Below are positions 50,700-63,874 of a stretch of DNA of 64,000 nt, in pieces. The translations under genes were made by a program, and so were the position numbers. How positions within the stretch are numbered: position 1 is the stretch's first letter; every line of letters begins with the position of its first letter. The stretch comes from Marsupella aquatica (taxonomy: Eukaryota > Plantae > Marchantiophyta). The notes below the pieces were generated by a model. That model had not been told where the DNA came from. It searched no databases and was given only the letters and a program-made list of their open reading frames with translations. Where the stretch lies: positions 6,472,963 to 6,536,962 of the forward strand of contig OZ316893.1 of the NCBI GenBank assembly GCA_973895155.1, given 5' to 3'.

Positions 50700-53600
50700 T
50701 AACCCTTCCACTAAGTGCGGGACACAATACTCATCATTGTCCTCCCACTGGTTGGGGCATTAGCAATTTGAACACATGTCTTGCATTTACTTTAGACATG
50801 ATGCACCTAGCTTTGGGGAAATCACTCCCAAGTCATACACCTTTGGAGTGATTTTCCATAAGTGTCACCATATATAGATGCGCGCATACTACCGTATCCA
50901 AAGGCAAATGAAACCTTTTTGTCTCTCCAAGAAGTAGGGCAATACCAATGGAAGGTTGTCATCCTTTGTTGTAATTGTGTCATGTTTGTGCCGGTGTTTG
51001 GATGGGGAATATTTTAATTTGCAAATAAATAGTGATGGGGCATTCAAGGAGCTAGTGTAATCTTTATTGGGTCATTTCTAAAAACATTTGCATCACAAAT
51101 ACCAATGACTACAAGTAGGGTCATTAAATTTGTCATATGGACTGTCATATAAGTCAAGTGACTGGACTTGTGGTTATTTGTGTGGTCCCTCATGCAGTCA
51201 TTAAACACAAGCACAAATGACCAGTTTGGGGCTGGGGGCTTGAGGTGGGCCCTAGAGTGCCATGGGGCCCCACATAGAGGTGAGAACCCCTCCACTAGGT
51301 GCGAGACACTATACTCATCATTGTCCAACCACTAGTTGCGACATAAACACTTTGGACACATGTTTTTGCGCTTACTTCAGGCATGATGCACCTTTGGGGA
51401 AATCACTCCCAAGTCGTATGACTTTGGAGTGATTTGCCAAAAGTGTCACCATGTATGCATACCATCACATCCAAAGGCAAATAAAAGTTGTTTTTTGGTT
51501 CTCCAAGAGGTAGTGCTGCACCAATGGAATGGGCAGGGGAGTCGTGCTTCTCAGTATGGTGTGGGTGCGGGATTAGGGTATAGGAATATTCCAATCTTGC
51601 AAGGAATCTAAAGCTGGCTCTAGTTGGAGGTACTAGGGCCTTTATTGGGTCATATGTGAGCAATGGCCCGTCATAAATGCCAATGACTAAAAGTAGGGTC
51701 ATTAAAACTGTCATATGGAGAGTCATATCAGTCTAATGACTGGATTTGTGGTCATTTGAGGGGTCCCTTATGCAGTCATTGAAAGGAAAAGCACAAATGA
51801 CCAGTTTGGGGCTAGGGGCTTGAGGTGGGCCCTAGAGTGCCATGGGGCCCCACATAGAGGTGAGAACCCCTCCACTAGGTGCGGGACACTATACTCATCA
51901 TTGTCCAACCACTAGTTGCGACATAAACACTTTGGACACGTGTTTTTGCGTTTACTTGAGGCATGATGCACCTTTGGGGAAATCACTCCCAAGTCGTACG
52001 ACTTTGGAGTGATTTGCCAAAAGTTCAACCATGGATGTATACCATCACATCCAAAGGCAAATAAAACATATTTTTGGTTCTCCAAGAGGTAGTGCTGCAC
52101 CAATGGAATGGGCAGGGGAGTCTTGCTTCTCTGCATGGTGTGGGTGCGGGATTAGGGAAGAGGAATATTCCAACCTTGCAAGGAATCTAAAACTGGCTCT
52201 CTTTGGAGGTACTAGGGCCTTTATTGGGTCATATGTGAGCAATGGCCCATCATAAATGCCAATGACTAAAAGTAGGGTCATTAAAACTGTCATATGGAGA
52301 GTCATATCAGTCAAATGACTGGATATGTGATCATTTGAGGGGTCCCTCATGCAGTCATTAAGGAAAAGCACAAATGACCAGTTTGGGGCTAGGGGCTTGA
52401 GGTGGGCCCTAGAGTGCCATGGGGCCCCACATAGAGGTGAGAACCCCTCCACTGGGTGCGGGACACTATATTCATCATTGTCCAACCACTAGTTGCGACA
52501 TAAACACTTTGGACATATGTTTTTGCGTTTACTTGAGGCATGATGCACCTTTGGGGAAATCACTCCCAAGTCGTACGACTTTGGAGTGATTTGCCAAAAG
52601 TGTCACCATGGATGCATACCATCACATCCAAAGGCAAATAAAAGTTTTTTTGGGGTTCTCCAAGAGGTAGTGCTGCACCAATGGAATGGGCAGGGGAGTC
52701 GTGCTTCTCTGTATGGTGTGGGTGCGGGTTTAGGGAAGAGGAATATTCCAACCTTGCAAGGAATCTAAAACTGGCTCTCTTTGGAGGTACTAGGGCCTTC
52801 ATTGGGTCATATGTGACCAACGGACCGTCATAAATGCCAGTGACTACAAGTAGGGTCATTAAAACTGTCATATGGGCAGTCATATAAGTCTAATGACTGC
52901 AGTTGTGGTCATTTGAGGGGTCCCTTGTGCAATCATTAAGGAAAAGCACAAATGACCAGTTTGGGGCTAGGGGCTGGAGGTGGGCCCTAGAGTGCCATGT
53001 GGCCCCACATAGAGGTGAGAACCCCTCCACTGGGTGCGGGACACTATACTCATCATTGTCCAACCACTAGTTGCAACATAAGCACTTTGGACACATGTTT
53101 TTGCGTTTACTTAAGGCATGATGCACCTTTGGGGAAATCACTCCCAAGTCATATGACTTTGGAGTGATTTGCCAAAAGTGTGTCCATGCATGCACACCAT
53201 CACATCCAAAGGCAAATAAAACTTGTTTTTTGGTTCTCCAAGAGGTGGTGCTGCACCAATGGAATGGGCAGGGGAATCGTGCTTCTCAGTATGGTGTGGG
53301 TGCGGGTTTAGGGAAGAGGAATATTCCAACCTTGCAAGGAATCTATTGCAGGCTCTCTTTGGAGGTACTAGGGCCTTTATTGGGTCATATGTGACCAATG
53401 ACTTGTCATAAATGCCAATGACCAAAAGTCAAGTCATTAAAACTGTCATATGGGAAGTCATATAAGTCAAGTGACTAGACTTGTGGTCATTTGTGTGGCC
53501 CTTCATGCAATCATTAAACAGAAGCACAAATGACAAGTTTGGGGCTAGGGGCTGAAGGTGGGCCCTAGAGTGCCATGTGGCCCCACATAGAGCTTGCAAC

Positions 53601-54650
53601 CCCTCCACTATGTGCAAAATACTATATTTGCTATTCTCCAACCACTAGTTGCACCATTAGCACCGTACCTCATGTGAGTTTTTGCATTTACTTAAGGGAT
53701 GATGCAACATTGGGGAAATCACTCCCAAGTCATACAACTTTGGAGTGATTTGCCAAAAGCACCAACATGGATCATGAATATCTTATGTTCCTAAGGCAAA
53801 TGGAGCCATTTGTTTTGTTCCTCAACGAGATAGTGCAACACCAATGGGATGGGCGTGGTAGTGGTGCTTCCCTCTATGGTGGACATGTGTGTTGGTCAAA
53901 GGAATAGGAATATTCCTATTTTACAAGAAATCTAAAGCGGCCTCTTTCTTGACGTACTAGGACCTTCATTGGGTCATTTTTTAACAAAGTCGTGTCATAA
54001 TTGCCAATGACTACAAGCAGGGTCATTGAATTGGTCATATGGGATGTCATATAAGGCAAATGACTGGACTTTGAGTCATTTGAGATGTCCCTAGTGCAGT
54101 CATTGGAGACAAGCATGAATGACCAATTTGGGGCTAAGGGTTGGAGGCGGGCCCTAGAGTGCCATGTGGCCCCACATAGAGCTTGCAACCCCTCCACTAG
54201 GTGCAAAATACTATATTTACCATTCTCCAACCACTAGTTGCACCATTAGCACTTTGGAGCTGTGTTTTTGCGTTTACTTTAGGCGGTATGTAACTTTGGG
54301 GAAATCACTCCCAAGTCATACAACTTTGGAGTGATTTGCCAAAAGTGTCACGTACCCTGCATGCATACCGTCCTATCCAAACGGCAAACAAAAATTGTTT
54401 TTGTCTCTCCAAGAGATATATAATGCAATACTAGTGGAAGACTATGTCCTTCTATATAACTATGTCATGTTTGTGCCGATATTTGGATTTGGATATATTC
54501 TATTAAATTCCAAATGAATTGTAAGGGGGCATTCTGAGAGGTAATCTACTCTTCATTGGGTCATTTTCACATAATGGTGTGTCATTAATGCCAATGACTA
54601 CATATAGTGTCATTTTTATAGTCATATTTGCGGTCATTAGACAGGTCCCT
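50700..54650. repeat. ~580-bp tandem repeat (~7 units), each with a ~50-bp imperfect palindrome
   Basis: CCCTCCACTRRGTGC-like anchor at ~50703, 51288, 51868, 52445, 53022, 53600 and 54190. Each unit carries TTGGGGAAATCACTCCCAAGTC-N4-GACTTTGGAGTGATTTGCCAA or a close variant. Confidence 0.92.
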
Positions 54651-55499
54651 CATGGTGTGTCATTAATGAAAACACCTCAAATTAGGGTAATTTTGGTTGT
54701 CATACTACAAGTAAGAAGTTCCAAATGATTGGAAATGTGGTCCTTACAAAGGCTATTGGGGGGGGTTCTCTTTGGAGGTACAAGGGAGTTCATTGGGTCA
54801 TTTGTGAATTAAATAGTGCTTCAATATGAATGACTAAAAGTGGGGTCACTCACGCTGTCATCTTGGAAGCCATTAATGTTGGCATATTGGAGGTCATATA
54901 GTGAGACTAATAAGGTAGTCCAAAATTGTGTTCATGCATATGGTCCTTTTTGCAGACATAACCTATCACCCAAAAAACATTGCCGGTACATAGTTAATTA
55001 CACTAATGTAATCCACAACACCCTCACCTCCCATTAAGGAGGTTTAAATGAGGGGCGGGTTATGGGCACCTACACAAACAGCCATGACCTTATGGGGGTG
55101 TCGCGACATTATGAGCTATTTACCTTCAGTGCCTTCCCTAGGGCCTTATGGGGGCGTCCCGACCTTGTTATTAACCTATTTAGTTGGTATTATCTATGGG
55201 CCTTATGGGGGGTTTTGTTACATTGTTATTAACTAGTCTCAAAAAATAACCCTAATTAATGACCCACAATATCCACCATCCCCATCCAACAAAATACCTT
55301 ACCTTTACGGGGTTTAGGGTCCAGCAATTAGGTTTATCCCGCTCAAGTTTTCTCGCGTACCAACAGGAGCCCTTTTTCCTCAACAAACATCAAGAGGGCA
55401 ACGCGTTATGTGCTTATTTCTTGGCATGCCTTTGTGTGCACATTGCAAGGGCTTAGGGCTGCGCAGCTTTGTGCTCCATTCCACCAAGCGCAGGGAACG

Positions 55500-55810
55500 A
55501 AGGCGAGCACATTTGCCCCGGGAGCATAGGTGGGAGTTGTGGGAGGGGATGAGCTGCGACACTCTTCCGAGCACATTTGCCCCGGGAGCACAGATTGGAG
55601 TTGCAGGAGGGATGAGCTGCGACACTCTTCCGAGCACATTTGCCCCGGGAGCACAGATTGGAGTTGCAGGAGGGAAGGGAAGGCATTTGCGCGTTGGTCT
55701 CACCGTTTAGACCTGCAGGAGCACAGGTTGGAGTTGCGGGAGGGGAGGAGTTTTGACACTCTTCCGAGCACATGTTTGAGTTGCGGGAGGGAAGGGAAGG
55801 CATTCGCGCG
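55500..55810. repeat. ~63-bp imperfect tandem repeat
   Basis: GAGCACATTTGCCCCGGGAGCA at 55505, 55569 and 55632, plus diverged copies. Confidence 0.8.
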
Positions 55811-58341
55811 TTGGGGACCCCAATCATTGTGGAAGGCAAAAACAGTGGAAGCTCGTGGATCGGAGGAAGTGAAAGCAACTAGTCTCACCGTTCGTGAAGG
55901 AGCTGTGGGAGCTACGGGAGGTGTTACATCGGGAGCTGCGGAGCTGCGGGAGGAGCTACGGGAGCTGCAAGAGGTTACATCAGGGAGGAGTTGTAGCAGC
56001 GCTGGTCGGTGAGGAGCTGTTGGTCGGTCAAGAGCTGCGAAGAGGTATGACCTTATTCCCATTGGCGCCCATGTTGTGATTTGCCTGGTTGCTCTGTGCT
56101 CTCCACTTCCGGCTCCACCCTAGCCTGGGACCTGCAATGTGCTATGTTGGGACCTGTGTTGCTGTGTGCCAGAGCTCTCTGCTTATGTTTTTTCTCTATC
56201 TATCCCTCTCCATTCGCTACATGTTCTTTGAGTTTGTTGAGTTTGAATTGGTTGTCCACCTTCTCGCCCTCTGTAGCCTTTTGCATCACAAGTGCCTGCA
56301 TTTCCTTCCCTGTCCCATGCTAGCTCCACTGCGACCTTCCATTAACTATCAGAGACCTAAGAAATTTAACTATCTTCGAGCTTTATTGTTTGTTTTGGCA
56401 AAATCTTCCCAAACCTGAACGGCTGCCTGCACTGCCCGCAAAAGCCTTTCGTCCTCCGAAACCCCATGCCTCCGTAGCTGAGCGCTCCACTGATCATGCT
56501 TCTGACGAAGTATCAAGACTTGGGCTTTGAATGACTCCACCTCAGCTTTATCATTTGTTTTGGCAAAATCTTCTTGATTGTAATCAGGCAGCAGAGATCA
56601 CAGACAGATCCAATTGCTAAGAAATGGTTTTTTCTCTCTCTATTTCTTTCTCCTATTTACCACAACTAAATCAAGTGCCCGAGTTTTGACCGAGTTGTCC
56701 TCTGTCTGTCTGCTGTTGATTTCTGATTGCTACTTGCGGGATTAGTCTACTATTGAGTGCAGTTTGTTTTGTCTGCTATGTTCAGCTCAGTTTGTTGTCT
56801 TGTTGTTGTCTGGCAATTATTGCCAATTATTTTGACTGCGTGAAAGGCTGTTCTATTTAGTGCTGCCTAATTGAACATAAAACTATGCTATTAAGTTGAT
56901 TGAGTTTAGGCAAATCTGGATGCCATACCCTTGTGTTCAAAATTCTATATCTGGCAGTGTTTGCTGTGCTTGTTGTGTTCAAAATTCTATTGGCAGTGTC
57001 TGACCTAGAAAGATAACCTGATGTATCGCCAACCTTTTGAGTGTGCTCCCAAAGTCCCTGTAGATACCACTCCTTCTCTGTTTTAAATGAGTAAACTCCT
57101 TTCCTCCATATTGAAATGTCATCCTGGACCTAAGCTGCGAGGAACTGCGAGGTGACTCGTGACAATCTCTGTGGTGCAAGGTGAGCTTGATCTCTTATTA
57201 TTACAATGTAGTCCTTATTTTTCCATTGTATGATGTTTTCCTTAGTCTGTCTGTGTTACTCAATCAATTGGTTTCCTTACTCTTCTTTTGACATCCCTCT
57301 GTATCATAGCCCTTTTCTTTTCTCTTTTTTTTACTGAAGAGAAGTGCAGGCATGTATGGTGAATCCTCACTGGATTCCAGCAGCGACTCTGTAGAATTCT
57401 GTTGCCAAAAAGTTTCAGAGTTTCGTGTATGGTTTGCCAACTGCTGTGCCACCTCATAGAATTCCTCAGTGGCTTTTGTACAAGCCTTGCTCTTCAACTA
57501 TGGTAATTTACAGCTAACTGTCTAACGTTCACACAACATCCATACACAGCAATGAATACAACTCCATGAATACAGCCACATGATTTCCTTTGGTCTTCAA
57601 ACTGGACGAAACTAAACTAAAATCAGCTTGGTCAATTTTAAATTCTTTGTAAGGGTCTCTGACAGCAGCCCGGTAATGCCACGACTGCACGAAGATAGAG
57701 TACGCGTACGGTGCAGCTTTTGAAAAAGTGGGTGGACCAGCAGCTTGTTGAGAGTAAAGCAACTTATGGTTCTGTAACAGATGTGTGCAGCAACTTAAGA
57801 TGTAGAAGGCACGCAATAAAACTTGGTTTTTACAGATTTAAAAAAAGGCAGGGTGAGTGAGCACTGCATGTTGAACTTACAGGTCCGAATTATCTTGATT
57901 TGATTTTGCTGCTAAAATTTGTGTCTCTTGCTTGAGTCCCAGTTTGCTGGAGTTTTGTTGCTCTCTGTGCTTTGTTGTGCACATCGTTGTGTTTGTTTGT
58001 CCATTTTAAAACCTGAGAGCCAAATGAATGCTTTGCTGAAACTCAATTGCTATTTGTTCTGTGTTGCCCTTACAGATTTTAAAAAGGCAGGGTGAGTGAG
58101 GACTGCTGTACAGCAAGCGAAGGCATAAAGGTTGCAATATTTGTGATTGCTTCCAATCATAGGCCAAGGTTAGGGCTCTGCTCAGCCCTAAATGCTTTGC
58201 CATCCATAAAGCATTGGTTTATGCTGCACCCTTGTGGTTACATGTCATATTTTATGCTGCACCCTCATTCTTTTGTGTCATGCTGCACCCTGTTATTCCT
58301 TCGTGTTTCACAATCTGATGTAGGTCTGAGTGTGCAGGACC

Positions 58342-61300
58342 ATGGCTCGCAATAAGCAGAAGGCCATGAATCGTTGCAGAGGTGAATCCTCTCAAGCACC
58401 TCAATTGTCCTTATATTCAGACATTGAGATTAACCAGAATAGTCCACATGTATGTGCGATTTGTGATGAGGGAGGGGATCTCATTGTTTGTGATGGGCCT
58501 TGCCACCGACATTTCCATAAGAATGTTTCCTGTCCTTTGGGTCAGCAATGGCTATGCCCAACTATATCCCTGGCTGATGGCCATGTTGGAGAATGGCTTT
58601 GTGTTGATTGCAAGAATGATGAACATTCTTGCTTTAAGTGCCATGTGTCTGGAAAAATTGGTGAAGAGGTAAGAAAATGTCCAGACCCTCTCTGTGCCCG
58701 GTTTTACTGTCGGCAGTGTTTGGTTCCTGGGACAGCATCATGTGGACTCCATATTTGTCTTACTTGTGGATAGGGGCCCAATGATGGGGCTAATGGCTTT
58801 TTGGTTCAGTGCATGAGGTGTCCTAAGGCATGGCACAAGGACTGCCTGCTGTTTATCCAGCAGAGGGGATTTGCCCATGATCCAACAATTTGGGATCACT
58901 CAGCGCATGGGCAGCCCAAGAAGGGGATGTTTTACTGTCCTGACCATGACATTGACCCTACACTAGGCACTCCTTGTGACGCCAATGACATGGTCCTTAT
59001 TTTGTAATCTGATTAAGTAGGTTGCTGTATGCAAGGAGTAGCTATTGATATTGCATAACAATTAGCAAGATGGCAAGAATAAGGGCAATCATGGCGTTAA
59101 GAGTAGGGAAATAAAAGCTATGTCGCAGGTGGTCGGCGACCATATCTCTTTCAATATGTCACCAAATCCGGATCTGTAAAGCGCATTGGAAAGATCTGGT
59201 CAAGGCGAGTAAAATCGATATAAAACACTCGGGAAACGGAGGTGTATTAAGAAAGATACGGCCTGATTAGTGTGACGGGTTAACTTGTGGCCGGAATTAG
59301 CGGATTCGGCTTCAGTTTCGGGTTAACCCAAGCTCGACCACGGCTTAGCTTATGTGAGCACGGCTTCAGCTTAGCTTAGGTCAGCACGGCTTCAGCTTAG
59401 CTCAGGTAAGCACGGCTTCAGCTTAGCTCAGGTAAGCACGGCTTCAACTTAGCTCAGGTAAGCACGGCTTCAGCTTAGGCTTAACCCGGGTTCGGATTAG
59501 ATTGATCCCGGGTTAGACTTAACTCGGGGTCAGGTTAGCATAGGTAAGCTCGGGTTCGGGCTCAGCTTAGGCTAGGATAGCGGATAGCGGATAGCGGGTG
59601 ACGGCCTAACCCGAGACCACGGGTTAGCTCTACTCGGGTTAGATAGGATAGCTAGGTTAGCCGAACTCGGGTTAGCTATGTAACTCGGGTTAGCGCAACA
59701 GTGAGTACCCCCTCTCGGTTACGGGGGCATAACTCTCTGTGTATTTGACCAAATTGGCTATAATTGACCTCGTTGGAAAGAGGAGCTCAAGCCGCTTCCA
59801 ACGCTGCTATCCACGCAGAAAATGGTTAAATAGAGAAATCGGGAGAGGAGGCGCAAGCTCGCAAAAACTATGGAGGAGGGCTGAATCCGAAGTACATAGC
59901 CAATTCGAGATAGAAATAAAGGTGCGAGTTAGGGTTCAGTAGTTAGAGATAGTGGCGGCTCTATTAGGGCTGGGATGGGGCTCCAGCAGCGTAGCATCCA
60001 CCCATTTGGGCTCAATGAGAGAGTATATAGAGCATCCCTCCGGTAGAGGCAGGGGGGGGACTTCAGTTGTGTGATCTCACTTAGACTGAGTAGCGGGGAG
60101 GAGCTCTGTGCAAGCAAGGCTGGACTTGGACGCTGCGTGTTGGGGAGAGCTTGGTTGTGCTATACTCAGGGAGTAATCAGCCAAGCTTCACAGCAACGGG
60201 TTGCTAGGTTTGCGAGCTGGATTGTGGCTCTTTCTAGTGGGCAGCACAACTAGGTTCTTTTCCCCCGATACAGAGCCTTGGTGATAGGTGATGTATTGGT
60301 GATTGTAAACTGTGGGGAGGATTTCAATTCGATTTGCGGTGGGCACATTAGGGAGGCTGAGGTACTGATTAAGGGGCAGCAGGAGGAGCATTTACAGTTC
60401 AGTCTGGCAAGGCTACGTGACCCATGGGGAGTCCCGGCCTTTGTCTGGTGGAGAGCACTAAGGGATCTATGGCCAGAGCTGAGCTTGCAGGGCAAGCGTG
60501 AGGCCGGGCCTCATTGCAGTCTGGGGTAGATCGCCGTTAGGCCTGGTACCAGCTTTGAAGTCGAGTCAACTATGCATGCGTAACTTGACGTTCTGAATTG
60601 GAGGTGTGAGATCTGTATGTGCCCCCAAGAATGAAGTGCAGTGAAGGAGGTTGAGTTCAGGATTGAGCTTGCATGGCAAGCACGGGGCTTGCAGGGCAAG
60701 CACGTCACAATCTGGAGGAGACAGCCTTCGGCCCTAGTGTTCGGATCAAGTGTTCTCAGTGAACTATTGTGCACATCTTTGAATCTAATTGAGTTTTCCT
60801 CTCAGGCCTCATTTCTCTCATGGATGTGTGTGTGTGTGAGGCAATCTGAGTGTATGATGGAACTAGCAGCGCCACTAAGAGGTGTATCGGGTGCATTGAA
60901 GCGGGCTGGGTGAGGACTGTCATAGCTCTGATTGTTGAGAGTGGAATGGCAGAGTGGTGGGGCAATGGCTTAGAAGTCCCTAAGCCGGGAATCAGTCAGG
61001 AGTCACTGGTTTATGGGTACATTTCGGCGGCGGAATAGAAACATACCTATGATAGTAAGCATATGTATAGACCTATGCGCACCGTAGCGTTAGGCCCTGT
61101 GTGTACGGGCCCAATATGAAGACCCCTTCTCACCAGAACTATCATGAGCGCAGATCTGATCCCCAACCTCGGTTCCTTGGGATTGAGCTTGGGTGATGTG
61201 TGATAGAGTCTTGCTATGATAGTCTGGTGTTAAGGGCATAAACTGGTGTTTACCGGCATTCACAACATCCCTTCGTGATCCTCAGGTACAAGGAGATGGT

Positions 61301-61386
61301 TTTGGCACCCATAGTGACGTTTTTGGTGTTAAGACCCATGTCAATCGCGTGACACTCCTGCTAGGAGCCACATATCTTGGATTTGA
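58342..61386 (+). pseudogene. EDM2/NSD-type multi-PHD zinc-finger protein carried inside the CACTA element (one TAG; split by a solo LTR)
   Basis: VCAICDEGGDLIVCDGPCHRHFH...CVDCKNDEHSCFKC...CGLHICLTCG*...QCMRCPKAWHKDCL...FYCPDHDIDPTLGTP. After removing the solo LTR it continues ARSHISWI* (61360-61386). Confidence 0.8.
58975..61354. mobile_element. Solo LTR (2,380 bp)
   Basis: TG...CA ends with a 19-bp imperfect inverted repeat (TGTGACGCCAATGACATGG / CCATGTCAATCGCGTGACA). 5-bp TSD CTCCT (58970-58974, 61355-61359). Internal 26-bp tandem AGCACGGCTTCAGCTTAGCTCAGGTA at ~59355-59480. No coding region. Confidence 0.88.
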
Positions 61387-61990
61387 TTGAGGCTGGATGG
61401 AACACAAACTTGAGATAGAGCTTTTTGATGGTTTCACGTGGACTTAAACAATTTTCAGAGTGCTAAAACATGTGGACTATTTATATGCAGTGTGATGAAC
61501 TCCTCATGTATACACACTCTACAACAGTGCATGGCGGATTGAGACAATTAATTTTGAGAAATCAACTTTATTATCTTTTCCAGGGTAGGAATCCGATTTT
61601 CAAGCATGTGCTTTGAGTGTGACTTTCCTCCATATTGATGTCTAAACTTCACTTGTAAATTTGTCACTGGTGTCACAAACGTTACTTATTCCAGACTTGT
61701 CTGCTCACATTCCTAATAGGCAAACAAATACTGGAAATGATGAAGGCACAGAGATTTACGTTCATAGTATCATTTTGATGACACTGTATGTGATGCTCTA
61801 TTTGTATGCAAGAAGGAGAAGGTGCCTCACTACGTACATTAGATTTGAGAAACTGGGCTATGTGGGTTTGAGCAATTGGACTGTGGTTGGCATCAGTTGT
61901 ACAACTGTGACGGTAGGCCCAATTTTGTATGCATGTCACACTGATTCAGTTTGAAAATCATAGTTTGAATACAATTTCAATCAAGCTAGC

Positions 61991-63874
61991 ATGGCACAGT
62001 TGCCACAGAATACGTTAGGTGTGGGTAGAACTCCAAAGTTGCCGCTCTTCCATCCAGCTAGAGTACAACATCGTGATGATGCTTTGTGGGTTCGAGAACA
62101 GAAGGCCTGCCACAAGAGTGGGGACCATAAGATGTACTACCCTTGTGTGAACTGCAAAGGGAATTATAGGACTAATCGGAATACTGCTAGACTGCACCTT
62201 ATTAAACATGGTCGGTACCCTGCATGTCGAGTGTGGGTGGGAGAGGGACAGGACTCTTTTGATGAAGAGTGGGGTGCTGACTACATGTCACAACATGGCC
62301 CTGAGGCATTGAGGGTAGCAAACCTTCAGCAGGCAACCTGTGCACAACAGCCAACTGTAGATGTTGAAGAACATTTATTTGTAGATGTTCCAGAGTATCC
62401 AACTGTGGATGTTCCAGAGTATCCAACTGTGGATGTTCAAGAACATCCAACTATAGATGTCGAAGAACATATCAGGGCTCTACTGGAAGAAACGTTGTTG
62501 AGAACCAGTGAAGAATCCCCTGAGCATGAGCTAGATGATCAGGACCGTTTTGACTTGGATTTTGTACTTGGGGATGATGAGAGTAAAGGAGGTGCCCATC
62601 CTGTAAACCCCCTTCAAACCTCCAAAACTCCTGTGGAGACTGATCCTGCACAGTTATCTTTAGATGCAGCAATGCAACCTTTGTTCCCAGGCAGCAAAAT
62701 AGATGTTGTGTCATTCATGTTGCTTCTGCTGAACATCTGTCATGGCCATGGATTCTCAAACAAAGGAGTGAATGCATTGTTGTCTTTGATGGGGGAGCAT
62801 GGTATGCCTGCAGAGCATAATCTGCCCAAGAACTTATATGCTGCAAAGCAGCTATTGAGAAAGCTTGGCTTGGATTATGAGAGAATCCCTGTCTGTGAGA
62901 AAGGTTGCATGCTCTTTAGGGGTGAAAATGCCAAGTTAGAAAACTGTTCAGTGTGTCAGCAGCCCAAGATGAAGAGAGTGGGGAATTCATTACAGGCAAG
63001 GAAGGTGGTGCGGTATTTCCCTATAATTCCCAGGTTGAAGAGATTGTATGCCACTGCTGGTACATCTAAACTCATGACTTGGCATCATGAGAATAGAAGC
63101 ACAGACAACATGGTTCGGCACGCAGCAGATTCCAAGGCTTGGAAGCATGTGGATACAAATATTGATAAAAAATTTGCAGCTGAACCAAGGAATGTGCGAT
63201 TTGGGTTGGCACTTGATGGGGTGAATCCCTTTGGGAATAATTCCACAGCTTGGTCTACCTGGCCAATCTTGTTGTTGAATTACAATTTACCTCCTTGGCT
63301 TACCACCAAGAAGTTCTTTGTCATGCTAGCTATGCTGATTCCAGGACCTGATTCAGTAACAGAGGAACAACTGGACATAATATTGGGCCCATTCTATGAG
63401 GAGCTGGAGCTGTTGTGGACGAAAGGAGTGCCCTGCTTTGACAAATTGCCACGCCCAGGATTGTCTCAACACTTCAACCTAAGGGCTGTGCTATTGTGGA
63501 CAATCAATGATTACCCTGCATATGGTTTAATATCTGGACAACAACACGCTGGATACAAAGGATGTGTCATCTGTGGGCCAAAATGTGTGGCACGTGGTTC
63601 TAAGCACTTGCAGAAATTAGAGTACAGTGGCCACCGTCGATGGTTAGCAGCAAGGCATCTTTTTCGTAGACCAGACAGTGCACAATACTTTGATGGTGCA
63701 ATTGAGAGCCGACCTGCACCGTGTAGAATGTCAAGCTCTGATAGAAAGAAGTGGGGAGACGAGACAACAGAATATTTGAAGAAGGGAGGGACCAAGGTTG
63801 AGGATGAGAGCTGCCCCATAAAGGTGCATGGAGTGAAGAGGGCTACTGGTCTGTACAAGTTACCCTATTGGAAC
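61991..63874 (+). CDS. CACTA TnpD/Tnp2 transposase (Transposase_21 family), first coding exon
   Basis: Motifs PCVNC...HLIKHG, YFPIIPRLKRLY, MTWH, HAADSKAWKH, RNVRFGLALDGVNPFG, NYNLPPW, LIPGP, LLWTINDYPAYG and LPYW. Probable intron donor GTAAGA at 63875. Small PTVDVxE(Y/H) repeat at ~62350-62470. Confidence 0.92.

Noticed and set aside
51044-54230. Repeated 60-146-aa ORFs as a gene cluster
   Set aside because: They are frames through the 580-bp satellite, with inconsistent starts and stops between units.
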